A stretch of DNA of 64,000 nucleotides from Candidatus Adlerbacteria bacterium GW2011_GWA1_54_10 (GTDB lineage: Bacteria > Patescibacteriota > Minisyncoccia > Phycocordibacterales > SBAW01), in assembly GCA_001004665.1 (NCBI GenBank), contig LCRO01000002.1, positions 27,060 through 91,059 of the forward strand. The letters run 5' to 3'. The position numbers and the translations under genes were made by a program. The notes beneath the pieces were generated by a model, which saw only the letters and a list, made by a program, of their open reading frames with translations, was not told where the DNA came from and did no database searches. Each line of letters opens with the position of its first letter. The stretch's first letter is position 1. Positions 19,669 through 29,236 of the stretch are shown here, piece by piece.

Positions 19669-20528
19669 GACCGCTTCTATCCGCAGTCGCATCCGTGCTG
19701 GCAGTGTTTGTGGCTTTTGTCGCGGGTGTGAGTGCGGTCGCCGACGCGCCGCAGGACACGCCGACAACGGGACAAATAGAACTGGGGTTGGAAAATATCG
19801 AAGCAAGAGCGGCACTGGTCTACGACCCAGCAAGCGGGCGCGTACTGTATCAAAAAAACGCCATAGAGTCTTTGCCTCTCGCGTCGCTCGCCAAGCTCAT
19901 GACCGCGCAGGCAGTGCTCGCCGCTTATCCGGAAAACGCATATTTCCCTATAACGCGCGAGAACTTGCGGCCGGAAGGAGACTCGGGCCTGCGTCCCGGA
20001 GAGCGCCTGACATTGACCGAATTGATTGACCTTGCGCTCGTCGCCTCCAGCAACGACGCCGCGGCCGCGGCGGCCGCGGCGTTCGACGAACCCGCCGTCG
20101 AGCTTAATAAAACCGCGGAACGCCTCGCTCTTACCAAAACACACTTTCTAAACCCGACCGGTCTTGACATAGACGGCGACAGCGCGGGCGCGCGCGGAAG
20201 TGCGTACGACATGGCCCGGCTTGCGGCGGCGTTCTACAAAAAATATCCGACATACTTCGAACAGACAGCCCGCGGGAGCGTGACAGTACAGGCGGCCGGA
20301 CACACCATAGTGGAGGACGCCACCACTGCGCCCCTGCAGAACATTCCGGGCTTTGTCGGAGCAAAAACCGGCTACACCGAGCTTGCGGGCGGCAATCTTG
20401 TAGCCATTGTGGATATGGAGATAGGCAGACCCGTTGTCGCTGTTGTGCTGGGCTCCTCGCGCGAGGGACGATTTAAGGATATAAAGACGCTTATAACCGC
20501 GGCGCGGAATAATTATGGAAAATTTTGA
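19665..20528 (+). CDS. D-alanyl-D-alanine carboxypeptidase (S11, PBP5/6-like)
   Basis: Signal peptide. SxxK as SLAKLMT. SxN as VASSNDAA. KTG as GAKTGYT. Confidence 0.85.
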   Translation: MRPLLSAVASVLAVFVAFVAGVSAVADAPQDTPTTGQIELGLENIEARAALVYDPASGRVLYQKNAIESLPLASLAKLMTAQAVLAAYPENAYFPITRENLRPEGDSGLRPGERLTLTELIDLALVASSNDAAAAAAAAFDEPAVELNKTAERLALTKTHFLNPTGLDIDGDSAGARGSAYDMARLAAAFYKKYPTYFEQTARGSVTVQAAGHTIVEDATTAPLQNIPGFVGAKTGYTELAGGNLVAIVDMEIGRPVVAVVLGSSREGRFKDIKTLITAARNNYGKF

Positions 20529-21567
20529 CGCAATGCGCATATTCATACCGGCGACTATCGCCTTTCTTATAGGCATCGGCATCACGCCCTTTCTTGCACA
20601 CTTTCTCTACCGCAACAGGCTTTGGAAGCAAAAAGCCGGAAAAATTGCGCTCGACGGCAAGCCGGCGGAAGAATTCAACCGCCTGCATGAGAGCCGCGAG
20701 GTCGGAGTGCCGCGCTTCGGCGGGATAGTGGTATGGGCGAGCGTTCTCCTTACGGCTGATCTTCTTGCGGTGCTTGCGCGCGCATTCCCCGAGCCATTCG
20801 CGAATATAGCCTTCATCAGCCGCAACCAGACATGGGTGCCTCTTGCCGCGCTGGCGGCGGGCGCATTTGTCGGATTCCTTGACGACCTCTTCGAGGTTGC
20901 GGGGCGCAAGGGTATGCGCCTGCACTCGCGACTCTTTATGGTCGCCATAGTCGCCCTGCTGTGCGCGTGGTGGTTCTATGACAAGCTTGGCGTAAGCGCG
21001 GTCAATCTGCCGCTTGCCGGCGTGACGGAGCTAGGGATTCTTTTTGTTCCGTTCTTCGTATTGGTGGCCCTTTTCATCTATGCTGGAGGGGTCATTGACG
21101 GTATAGACGGCCTTGCGGGCGGGACGTTCGCTATTATCTTCGCCGCGTATGCGGGAATAGCCTTTTTCCAAAACCAAATGGATATCGCCGCGCTCTCCGC
21201 GACGATATCCGGAGGACTGCTGGCGTTCCTTTGGTTTAACATTCCACCAGCGCGCTTCTATCTTTCCGAAACCGGCACCATGGGCCTTACTTTGGCGCTT
21301 ACGGGCATCGCGTTCCTAACCGACACTTTAGGAGATGGAATGGGGATAGCCGTCCTGCCCGTCATCGGCGTACTTCTCGTTGCCACCGTGGCGTCCAACA
21401 TTATCCAGATTTTCGGAAAGAAAGTTCTCGGCCGGAAAATTTTCCGTATTGCCCCACTGCATCATCATTTCGAGTCCATTGGATGGCCGCCGTACAAAGT
21501 AACAATGCGCTATTGGGTAGTCGGGGTCGTGGCCGCCGTCGCCGGCATGTCCATGGCGCTATTGTAA
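20515..21567 (+). CDS. mraY: phospho-N-acetylmuramoyl-pentapeptide transferase
   Basis: Polytopic membrane protein. LDDLFEV; VIDGIDGLAGG; C-terminal APLHHHFESIGWPPYKVTMRYWVVGVV (compare E. coli APIHHHFELKGW). Confidence 0.85.
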   Translation: MENFDAMRIFIPATIAFLIGIGITPFLAHFLYRNRLWKQKAGKIALDGKPAEEFNRLHESREVGVPRFGGIVVWASVLLTADLLAVLARAFPEPFANIAFISRNQTWVPLAALAAGAFVGFLDDLFEVAGRKGMRLHSRLFMVAIVALLCAWWFYDKLGVSAVNLPLAGVTELGILFVPFFVLVALFIYAGGVIDGIDGLAGGTFAIIFAAYAGIAFFQNQMDIAALSATISGGLLAFLWFNIPPARFYLSETGTMGLTLALTGIAFLTDTLGDGMGIAVLPVIGVLLVATVASNIIQIFGKKVLGRKIFRIAPLHHHFESIGWPPYKVTMRYWVVGVVAAVAGMSMALL

Positions 21568-21568
21568 C

Positions 21569-22267
21569 ATGAAGCTCCTTAAAAGTTTCTTGAAATCATG
21601 GCCGAGTTTTCTTGTTCTTGCTCTGGTCCTTGCCGGCCTTTTCATCGTCTTCCGCTACTTCAATGCGGAAAACATAAACGCTTTTATCGAGCGTGCCGGC
21701 TTATGGGCGCCTCTCGCGCTTATTGCCGCCAAAGCCTCAACCATAGTCATCGCGCCACTGGGCGGAGCGCCGCTTTATCCGCTCTCCGGCGCGCTCTTCG
21801 GATTTTGGAAAGGATATCTATACTTAATATTGGGGGACACACTAGGAATTACCATAGCCTTTTTCTTGAGCCGCACATATGGGCGGCGCATAGTGGATTA
21901 CTTTTTCCCGGATCACAAACTGGTAAACCGCGTTCTACACGCTCTTGGCACCACCAAAGGGCTTGTCATTGCGCAAATCTCCTTCATATCCTTTCCGGAA
22001 CTGGTATGTTATGCCGCGGGGCTTACACGCGTCGCATTTTTGCCATTTATACTTATCACGACGTCCGTGAGCATTGTGCCGCGCGGGATACTGGTAGCAC
22101 TCGGCACTCTGCTGACCGACGGCAGAAACTCCTTTGTATTCGTGGGGCTTGGTGTTGCGGCCATGGGCGTGCTCGGGCTCGGGACGCTCCTCTTCTCGCG
22201 CTACATGCGCACTCTAAATCCAGATCTTCGCGTTACAATGGGAAATAATGACAACAAAATCGGTTGA
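21569..22267 (+). CDS. DedA/TVP38/TMEM64-family membrane protein (candidate undecaprenyl-phosphate flippase)
   Basis: FIERAGLWAPLALIAAKASTIVIAPLGGAPLYPLSGALFGFWKGYLYLILGDTLGITIAFFLSRTYGRRIV, a DedA core with re-entrant loop motifs. Sits where murD usually lies between mraY and ftsW. Confidence 0.7.
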   Translation: MKLLKSFLKSWPSFLVLALVLAGLFIVFRYFNAENINAFIERAGLWAPLALIAAKASTIVIAPLGGAPLYPLSGALFGFWKGYLYLILGDTLGITIAFFLSRTYGRRIVDYFFPDHKLVNRVLHALGTTKGLVIAQISFISFPELVCYAAGLTRVAFLPFILITTSVSIVPRGILVALGTLLTDGRNSFVFVGLGVAAMGVLGLGTLLFSRYMRTLNPDLRVTMGNNDNKIG

Positions 22268-23345
22268 TACTCCTTTCCTTCTAACGACTTGCGCGCTAGT
22301 CCTGTTCGGCCTCCTTATATTCTCTTCCGCGGCGCTTGGCCTGCTTGCACGAGACGGCGCGAGCTTCACCTCGGTTGCGGTGTCGCAACTTTTGCTCGGA
22401 CTCCTGCTTGGCGGAATATTGCTTACTGCGCTTTCGCGCATTGATTATCGCTGCCTGCGCCCGTATACGCCATACTTTTTTGCGCTTGCAGTAGGGCTTA
22501 CGGCGCTTACTTTCATCCCCGGAGTCGGGGTCGAGATAAAAGGAGCGTCGCGATGGCTGAAATTGGGGCCTGTGACCTTCCAGCCCGAGGAGGCCCTTAA
22601 ATTTGCCGCGGTCGCGCTCCTTGCGGGTGTATATGCGTCGAATATCAAAAGGGTATCGTCCCTGCGGGGCGGCATAGCGCCGCTTGGGGCTATCGGCGGA
22701 TCTGCCGCACTGCTTCTTCTGCTTCAGCCCTCGACGGACGGGGCAGTCATGGTCGGCCTTGCGTGCGCGGCGATGCTTTTTGCCGCCGGCGGGCGCATCA
22801 GGCATTTATTGTTCCTGGCACTTGTCGGCGCATTACTGCTGACCGGGGCCGTATACCAAAGTTCCTATCTCAAAGCGCGGTTACATACCTTCTTCAACCA
22901 GTCACAAGATCCGCAGGGAGCCGGTTGGCACATACAGCAGTCGCTTATAGCGGTGGGCTCCGGAGAGTTCTTCGGAAAGGGCTTCGGGCAAAGCATCGAA
23001 AAATTTTCTTATTTGCCGGAGCCGATAGGGGATTCGATCTTCGCCGTCGCCGCGGAGGAATTCGGCTTCGTCGGCTCGATCGCGCTTGTTCTGCTGTATG
23101 CCGGAGTCGCACTGCTCGGACTGCGCATAGCGGCGCGCGCGCCGGACCCGTTTGGTGGACTCTTGACCGTCGGACTTGTCATGCTGATAATCGGGCAATC
23201 ATTCATGAACATAGCCTCGACTTTGGGACTGATACCCATTTCCGGCCTGCCGCTTATATTCGTTTCCCACGGCGGCACCGCCCTTATGATCGCGCTCGCC
23301 GAAGTTGGGGTAATATTAAGCGTATCCAGGAGGATGAAGATTTAA
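22248..23345 (+). CDS. ftsW: SEDS-family peptidoglycan glycosyltransferase (FtsW/RodA). Called ftsW from the mraY...murG context
   Basis: 10-TM protein. GASRWLKLGPVTFQPEEALKFA; DSIFAVAAEEFGFVGS. Confidence 0.8.
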   Translation: MTTKSVDTPFLLTTCALVLFGLLIFSSAALGLLARDGASFTSVAVSQLLLGLLLGGILLTALSRIDYRCLRPYTPYFFALAVGLTALTFIPGVGVEIKGASRWLKLGPVTFQPEEALKFAAVALLAGVYASNIKRVSSLRGGIAPLGAIGGSAALLLLLQPSTDGAVMVGLACAAMLFAAGGRIRHLLFLALVGALLLTGAVYQSSYLKARLHTFFNQSQDPQGAGWHIQQSLIAVGSGEFFGKGFGQSIEKFSYLPEPIGDSIFAVAAEEFGFVGSIALVLLYAGVALLGLRIAARAPDPFGGLLTVGLVMLIIGQSFMNIASTLGLIPISGLPLIFVSHGGTALMIALAEVGVILSVSRRMKI

Positions 23346-23358
23346 TGACGCAAATGCA

Positions 23359-24486
23359 ATGAAGATCTTGTTTACCGGAGGGGGAAGCGGAGGGCACTTT
23401 TACCCGATAATCGCGGTTGCGGAGGCAGTAAACGACTCTGTGCGCGAACGCAAACTGCTTGAGCCGCAATTGTACTACGCCGCGCCGGACCCGTACGATC
23501 GTGAGATGCTTCTTGCGAACGACATAAAATTCATCCCGACCGCGGCCGGTAAGATGCGCAGATACTTTTCCATCCTCAACTTTTTCGATTACTTCAAAAC
23601 CGGATGGGGGATATTCCGCGCCATACTGCGAATTTTTTTTCTTTATCCAGATGTCGTATTCGGCAAGGGAGGGTACGCTAGCTTCCCGACCCTGCTTGCG
23701 GCGCGGCTTTTCAGAATACCCATCGTCATACATGAGAGTGATGCCGAGCCGGGGCGTGTAAACAAGTGGGCGGGAAAATTCGCGCAAAAAATAGCGGTCT
23801 CTTTCGTCGAGGCGGCGAAATTCTTCCCGCAAGAAAAGGTCGCGCACACCGGAAACCCTATACGTAAAGCGGCGCTCCTTCCCGCGCGCGAGGGAATGTT
23901 CGAATTCCTTAAACTGCGCCGCGATTTGCCGGTAATCTTGGTGACTGGAGGCTCCTTGGGCGCGCAGGCTATAAACGAAGCGGTGCTTGCGGCACTGCCG
24001 GAATTGCTAAAAAAATATCAGGTAGTGCATCAGTGCGGCGAGCAGAACATAGCCGACATGCGCGCTCGCGCAAAAGTGGTGCTTGGGGATCCCGACCTTT
24101 TGGAGCGCTATAAGCCTTTCGGATATCTTAACGACCTTGCCGTGCGTATGAGCGCGGGCGCGGCAAGCCTCGTTATCTCGCGCGCGGGCTCGACAATATT
24201 CGAGATAGCGGCGTGGGGGCTGCCCTCGATAGTCATTCCACTGCCAAATTCGGCAGAAGACCATCAGACCAAAAATGCATTTGCCTATGCGCGCGCGGGC
24301 GCGTGCGTAGTTATAGAGCAGAATAATATGACTCCCGGCCTCCTCGTCTCCGAGATAGGACGGATACTAAGCGACAACGAGCTCTCGCATAAAATGGGCG
24401 CGGCCGCGCGCTCATTCTCGCGCGCGGACTCCGCCGCTCTCATAGCCGGTGTCCTCCTCGACATCACCCTCTCCCACGAGCGGTAA
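23359..24486 (+). CDS. murG: UDP-GlcNAc:lipid I N-acetylglucosaminyltransferase MurG
   Basis: MKILFTGGGSGGHFYPIIAVAEAV; GT28 C-terminal VTGGSLGAQAINE. Confidence 0.9.
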   Translation: MKILFTGGGSGGHFYPIIAVAEAVNDSVRERKLLEPQLYYAAPDPYDREMLLANDIKFIPTAAGKMRRYFSILNFFDYFKTGWGIFRAILRIFFLYPDVVFGKGGYASFPTLLAARLFRIPIVIHESDAEPGRVNKWAGKFAQKIAVSFVEAAKFFPQEKVAHTGNPIRKAALLPAREGMFEFLKLRRDLPVILVTGGSLGAQAINEAVLAALPELLKKYQVVHQCGEQNIADMRARAKVVLGDPDLLERYKPFGYLNDLAVRMSAGAASLVISRAGSTIFEIAAWGLPSIVIPLPNSAEDHQTKNAFAYARAGACVVIEQNNMTPGLLVSEIGRILSDNELSHKMGAAARSFSRADSAALIAGVLLDITLSHER

Positions 24487-24504
24487 ATTTGGTAGACTTC
24501 AGAA

Positions 24505-25827
24505 ATGTACGAAAAAGTAGTAACGCGGTTTGCGCCGAGCCCGACTGGGAATTTGAACATTGGCGGTGTGCGGGCAGGGATATTCGCTTATCTATTTGCG
24601 CGGCACAACGGAGGGCAATTTATCTTACGCATCGAGGACACGGATAAAGAACGCTCCAAAAAAGAGTACGAGGACAATATTATCGACTCGCTAAAGTGGC
24701 TCGGGCTCGAGTACGACAATTTCTACCGCCAAAGCGACAATGCCGCGCGACACGAGGAGCTGTTGCGTAAACTTATCGCGGAAGGAAAAGCCTACATATC
24801 CAAAGAAGAAGACGGGAATGGGCGAGTCGAAGTGATACGATTCAAAAATCCAAACAAAGAAATAACTTTTACCGACACCGTACACGGCAAGATAACATTC
24901 GACACAACGGAGCTCAAGGATTTTGTTATTGCAAAAAGCTTTATCGAGCCCGTGTTCCATTTTGCAGTCGTGGTGGACGACGCTGACGAGGGTGTAACGC
25001 ACGTCATACGCGGAGCGGACCATATCTCAAATACGCCGCGCCAAATGCTCATAAGGGAGGCTCTCGGCATTCCGCATCCGGAGTATGCGCATCTGCCGCT
25101 CATCGTATCGAGCGACCGCAGCAAGCTCTCCAAGCGCAAGGGAGCCAAGGCGCTTAGCGAATATCGCGATTTGGGGTTCTTGCCGGAGGCTATACTAAAT
25201 TACGATGCATTTCTGGGGTGGCATCCCGAGGGAGAGCGGGAAATCTATTCCAAGAAGGAAATGGCGCGGAAGTTTACGCTCGAGAGGGTTCAAAAAAGCC
25301 CAGCGATGTTTGACGAGGCGAAACTTCTCTGGTTTAACGCACAGCATATAAAAAAACTTTCGGACGAGGAGTTTTCAAAACGGCTCGCGGAGTATGCCCT
25401 CGGCTATGGCTCTACGGGCGAGGCAAAGGACGAGTTCGACCGCCGGCTTGTGCCGCTCATAAAAGAGCGCGCGCAAACGCTGTCGGAGGCTAAGGAACTT
25501 TTGCGCGAATACGATTTTTTGGCCAGAGTTTCCGTCGGCACCAACATGCTCCTGCAGAACGGAAAAATAGAAAAGCAAACCGCGTCGAGACACTTGCAGG
25601 CCGCGACGAAGCTTTTAGAAGATGTTAACGATGAGGATTTCACTCCGGAAAAAATCAAAAATGTGATTTTTCCTTACGCGACAGAGCACGGCAGGGGAGA
25701 GGTGCTTTGGCCTATGCGCGTCGCACTCTCCGGCAGGGAAAAATCTCCGGACCCATTTACCATTGCATCTATGCTTGGCAAGAAAGAGACGCTTAAGCGC
25801 ATTGCTAGCGCCGCAGAGGCGCTATAA
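24505..25827 (+). CDS. gltX: glutamyl-tRNA synthetase (short form)
   Basis: RFAPSPTGNLNIGGVRAGIFAYLFARHNGGQFILRIEDTDKERS; KLSKRKG (KMSKS). 440 aa. Confidence 0.85.
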   Translation: MYEKVVTRFAPSPTGNLNIGGVRAGIFAYLFARHNGGQFILRIEDTDKERSKKEYEDNIIDSLKWLGLEYDNFYRQSDNAARHEELLRKLIAEGKAYISKEEDGNGRVEVIRFKNPNKEITFTDTVHGKITFDTTELKDFVIAKSFIEPVFHFAVVVDDADEGVTHVIRGADHISNTPRQMLIREALGIPHPEYAHLPLIVSSDRSKLSKRKGAKALSEYRDLGFLPEAILNYDAFLGWHPEGEREIYSKKEMARKFTLERVQKSPAMFDEAKLLWFNAQHIKKLSDEEFSKRLAEYALGYGSTGEAKDEFDRRLVPLIKERAQTLSEAKELLREYDFLARVSVGTNMLLQNGKIEKQTASRHLQAATKLLEDVNDEDFTPEKIKNVIFPYATEHGRGEVLWPMRVALSGREKSPDPFTIASMLGKKETLKRIASAAEAL

Positions 25828-25837
25828 AATGTAATAA

Positions 25838-27106
25838 ATGGCGCGATTTCTTCTGCTTGCACTGTTTCTGCTCTTGCCCGTTTGGGCCATTGCCCAAACA
25901 CCGGAAGAGATCCAGCAAAGCATAGAAAAAAGCAACGCCGAGATAGAGCGCCTTCGGCAGGAGATAGCGGTGCTACAGCGCGACTTAAATGCCGTAGGCG
26001 AGCAGAAACAAACTCTACAAAGCGCCATAAAAGGGATCGACCTGCAGGTACAAAAGCTGACCAAAAGCATCGCGCTTACCAACGCGCAGATAGCGCAAAA
26101 GGACCGCGAGATACGCGCTCTTGCGGGCGACATCACGGAAACCGGCGCTGATATCATACAGTCGCAGGGCGGTGTCGCGGAGTCCCTGCGCGAGCTGGAC
26201 AAATTGGACCGCGAGCCACTGGCCGGGCTTCTGCTCGAAGGAGTTTCGCTCTCCGCACTTTTTGACCAGGCAGCCACTCTCTCCTCAATGCGCTCGCAGC
26301 TGCAAAATCGCATCGAGGACCTCTCCGCGCTCAAGACGAATCTTCAGGATACAAAGACAAACGCCGAAAACAAACGCCGCGAGCTTGCTAATCTGCAGAG
26401 CAAACTCTCGCAGGAAAAGCAGGGTCTCACTTTGGCTCGCGCGGAGCAAAATAAATTACTTGCGGAAACTAAAAACAAAGAAAGCAATTACCAGGCGCTT
26501 ATCACTCAAAAGAGAGAGGAGGAAGAGCGGTTCGAGCGGCAGTTGCGCGCCTTTGAAGAGCAGCTCGGGCTCTCTGTTCCGGCAGGAAGTATCCCCACGC
26601 CGCGACCGGGCGTTCTACAGTGGCCGGTCGCGGCGCCTCATATAACGCAGTATTTCGGTAACACACCATTCGCGACCGCAAATCCACAGATCTACGGCAA
26701 CCGCGGGCACAATGCGATAGACTTGCGCGCTGCGCCCGGAACGCCTATATTCTCCGCGCGCGGGGGAGTGGTCGCGGGTACGGGAAACACCGACCTCACC
26801 TGTCCTAATGCCTCGTACGGTAAATGGGTATTCGTCGAGCATGATAACGGGCTCTCAACACTCTACGCGCACCTCTCTCAAATTTCTGTCTCGCAAGGGC
26901 AGGCGGTCGGCGCGGCGCAGACTATAGGATTTTCCGGCTCGACTGGCTATGCAACAGGTCCGCACCTGCATTTTGGCGTTTATGCAACCGGCGGAGCCAA
27001 AATTACCTCCTTTCCGTCACAGTCATGCAGGGGCAGAACTTACACAATGCCCGTGGCCGACCAGACCGCGTACTTAAACCCGCTTTCGTATCTTCCCACA
27101 CTATAA
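25838..27106 (+). CDS. M23 peptidoglycan DD-metalloendopeptidase with N-terminal coiled coil (EnvC-like)
   Basis: Signal peptide MARFLLLALFLLLPVWAIA. Long coiled coil. LytM domain GHNAIDLRAAPGTPIFSARGGVV ... HLHFGVY. Confidence 0.85.
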   Translation: MARFLLLALFLLLPVWAIAQTPEEIQQSIEKSNAEIERLRQEIAVLQRDLNAVGEQKQTLQSAIKGIDLQVQKLTKSIALTNAQIAQKDREIRALAGDITETGADIIQSQGGVAESLRELDKLDREPLAGLLLEGVSLSALFDQAATLSSMRSQLQNRIEDLSALKTNLQDTKTNAENKRRELANLQSKLSQEKQGLTLARAEQNKLLAETKNKESNYQALITQKREEEERFERQLRAFEEQLGLSVPAGSIPTPRPGVLQWPVAAPHITQYFGNTPFATANPQIYGNRGHNAIDLRAAPGTPIFSARGGVVAGTGNTDLTCPNASYGKWVFVEHDNGLSTLYAHLSQISVSQGQAVGAAQTIGFSGSTGYATGPHLHFGVYATGGAKITSFPSQSCRGRTYTMPVADQTAYLNPLSYLPTL

Positions 27107-27118
27107 AAAACGACGGGA

Positions 27119-27146
27119 TTGACAGCGGTCTACCATTGTATATACT
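27119..27146 (+). promoter_or_regulatory. near-consensus sigma70 promoter for the toxin-antitoxin operon (TTGACA-16-TATACT)
   Basis: TTGACA at 27119-27124, 16-nt spacer, TATACT at 27141-27146. ATG at 27155 (8 nt downstream, leaderless-type). Confidence 0.55.
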
Positions 27147-27154
27147 TTGGTAGT

Positions 27155-27436
27155 ATGAAAACCGTTATCAGTATAAAAGTAGACAAAAATGTACGGGACA
27201 GGGCGCGGAACGTCGCACGCAAGCTTGGCGTGCCTCTTTCTTTGGTGGTAAACTCTCAATTGCGCCGTTTCGCGGATGAACAACGCATCGTAATTGCCGC
27301 GCCGCTTGTTCCAAATTCAAAAACCAAGAAAATTCTGGACGAAGCGATTCAAGATATACGAGAAAACAAGCATGGCAAATTTTCTCCACTGTTTGAAAAT
27401 GCCAAAGACGCTGTCAAGTGGCTTCATTCCAAGTAA
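27155..27436 (+). CDS. type II antitoxin, RelB/DinJ family (ribbon-helix-helix)
   Basis: MKTVISIKVDKNVRDRARNVARKLGVPLSLVVNSQLRRFADEQRIV, RelB/DinJ N-terminal RHH pattern. Sits 3 nt upstream of the toxin gene. Confidence 0.7.
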   Translation: MKTVISIKVDKNVRDRARNVARKLGVPLSLVVNSQLRRFADEQRIVIAAPLVPNSKTKKILDEAIQDIRENKHGKFSPLFENAKDAVKWLHSK

Positions 27437-27439
27437 TTC

Positions 27440-27703
27440 ATGCTTGTATTATTCTCGACAGTGTTTAAAAAACAGTACAAAAAACTGCCGCACCCGATTC
27501 AAAAAAAATTCAACGAGCGTTTCGGGCTTTTTATTTCAAATCCATTCCATCCGTTGCTTGGTAACCACCCTCTCAAAGGCGATTATGCCAGTTGTCAAAG
27601 CATTAACATAACAGGCAATTATCGCGCAATTTTTTACGAGGAGAGAACCGGCTTTGTACGTTTTATATCCATCGGCACTCACTCCGGACTATACAGAAAA
27701 TAA
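27440..27703 (+). CDS. type II toxin, RelE/YafQ family mRNA interferase
   Basis: 88 aa: FSTVFKKQYKKLPHPIQKKFNERFGLFISNPFHPLLGNHPLKGDYASCQSINITGNYRAIFYEERTGFVRFISIGTHSGLY. YafQ/RelE fold signature NPFHPxLxxHxLKG ... GxYRxIY. Confidence 0.75.
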   Translation: MLVLFSTVFKKQYKKLPHPIQKKFNERFGLFISNPFHPLLGNHPLKGDYASCQSINITGNYRAIFYEERTGFVRFISIGTHSGLYRK

Positions 27704-27731
27704 ACAGGTAGTTTGCTATAATGGGCGTTTC

Positions 27732-28466
27732 ATGCCTGCGGTATCGGTCAAAAATTTGCGCAAAGTTTATCAAGGAGGCGCAGAGGCGCTTAGGGGGGTT
27801 ACGTTGGAAGTGGAAGAGGGGGATTTTTTTGCGCTTCTAGGACCGAACGGCGCCGGAAAGACTACGCTTATTGGAATCGTTACCAGTCTTATAAACAAAA
27901 CAAGTGGGGAAGTATCGGTGTTCGACATGGATATCGACAAGAACCGCTCGCTGGCCAAGACCTGTATCGGCCTCGTGCCGCAGGAATTCAACTTCAATAT
28001 TTTTGAAAAAGTTGAGGACATTATTACGACACAGGCGGGATATTATGGCATCCCGCTTGTTCAGGCAAAAAAAGACGCCGAGCCTATTTTAAAAGACCTT
28101 GGACTTTGGGAGAAAAAAGGCGAAACTTCGCAAAATCTATCGGGAGGCATGAAGCGCCGCCTTATGATCGCGCGCGCTCTTATACACCATCCAAAATTGC
28201 TCATACTCGACGAGCCGACGGCCGGAGTGGACGTCGAAATGAGGCACTCGATGTGGAATTTTTTGCGCCGCATCAATGCGGAAGGCACGACCATAATACT
28301 TACCACGCACTATTTGGAGGAGGCCGAACAGCTCTCGCGCAATGTCGCGATAATCAACAAAGGAACTATTCTCGTAAACGAGCCCACAAAGCAGCTGCTC
28401 GCGCGCTACGGCGAAAAAAATCTCGAGCAGATATACCTAGACCTAATAAAAGCGGAGAATATATGA
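27732..28466 (+). CDS. ABC transporter ATP-binding protein (ABC-2 exporter type)
   Basis: Walker A GPNGAGKTTL, signature LSGGMKRRLMIARAL, Walker B LLILDEPTAGVD. Likely start MPAVSVKNL. Confidence 0.9.
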   Translation: MPAVSVKNLRKVYQGGAEALRGVTLEVEEGDFFALLGPNGAGKTTLIGIVTSLINKTSGEVSVFDMDIDKNRSLAKTCIGLVPQEFNFNIFEKVEDIITTQAGYYGIPLVQAKKDAEPILKDLGLWEKKGETSQNLSGGMKRRLMIARALIHHPKLLILDEPTAGVDVEMRHSMWNFLRRINAEGTTIILTTHYLEEAEQLSRNVAIINKGTILVNEPTKQLLARYGEKNLEQIYLDLIKAENI

Positions 28467-29236
28467 CACCTTACCAAATCTGGATATCATACTCGACAAT
28501 TATGCGCAAAGAGTTCGTGCGCATTATGCGCATCTGGTCGCAGACGCTCCTGCCGCCGGTCATTACTTCGTCTCTATACTTTATCGTCTTTGGCGGTTTT
28601 ATCGGCTCGCAACTAGCACCAATCGACGGTTATTCGTACATGCAGTTTATCGTGCCCGGGCTTATAATGATGTCTGTCATCACCAGCGCCTATACGAATA
28701 CGGTTTCGACTTTTTATTTTGCGAAGTTTGTCCGCAATATAGAGGAAATTCTGGTGTCGCCCACTCCAGACTGGGTTGTTGTCGCAGGTTTTGTAAGCGG
28801 GGGAGTGATGCGCGGGCTTATGGTCGGCGCTCTGGTGCTTGTAGTATCGCTCTTCTTTACGCATTTGGCTATTTTCAACATTGCAGTCTTGCTTGCAGTT
28901 ATCTTGCTTACTGCGATACTTTTTTCGCTTGCGGGGCTTATAAACGGCGTCTTTGCCAAAGGATTCGACGGAATATCCATCGTGCCGACTTTTGTGCTTA
29001 CTCCGCTGACCTACCTGGGCGGAATATTTTATTCGATAGAGCAGTTCCCCCAATTCTGGCAGAATGTTTCGCTTGCGAACCCGATTCTCTACATGGTCAA
29101 CGCCTTTCGCTACGGATTCCTCGGCATTACCGACATCTCGCTGTGGATTTGTTTTGCGGTATTGCTGGGCATGTCTCTGTTTTTTATCCTTGTCGTCCTT
29201 TACCTGTTCCGCGAGGGGATAGGAGTTAAACATTAA
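28463..29236 (+). CDS. ABC-2 type transporter permease
   Basis: 6 TM helices, ABC-2 family pattern. ATGA overlap with the ATPase gene. Confidence 0.85.
   Translation: MTPYQIWISYSTIMRKEFVRIMRIWSQTLLPPVITSSLYFIVFGGFIGSQLAPIDGYSYMQFIVPGLIMMSVITSAYTNTVSTFYFAKFVRNIEEILVSPTPDWVVVAGFVSGGVMRGLMVGALVLVVSLFFTHLAIFNIAVLLAVILLTAILFSLAGLINGVFAKGFDGISIVPTFVLTPLTYLGGIFYSIEQFPQFWQNVSLANPILYMVNAFRYGFLGITDISLWICFAVLLGMSLFFILVVLYLFREGIGVKH

Noticed and set aside
21598-22248. 216-aa plus-strand ORF overlapping the DedA gene in another frame
   Set aside because: Arg/His/Cys-rich nonsense-like translation. The overlapping frame (21569-22267) has clear DedA-family membrane topology and motifs.
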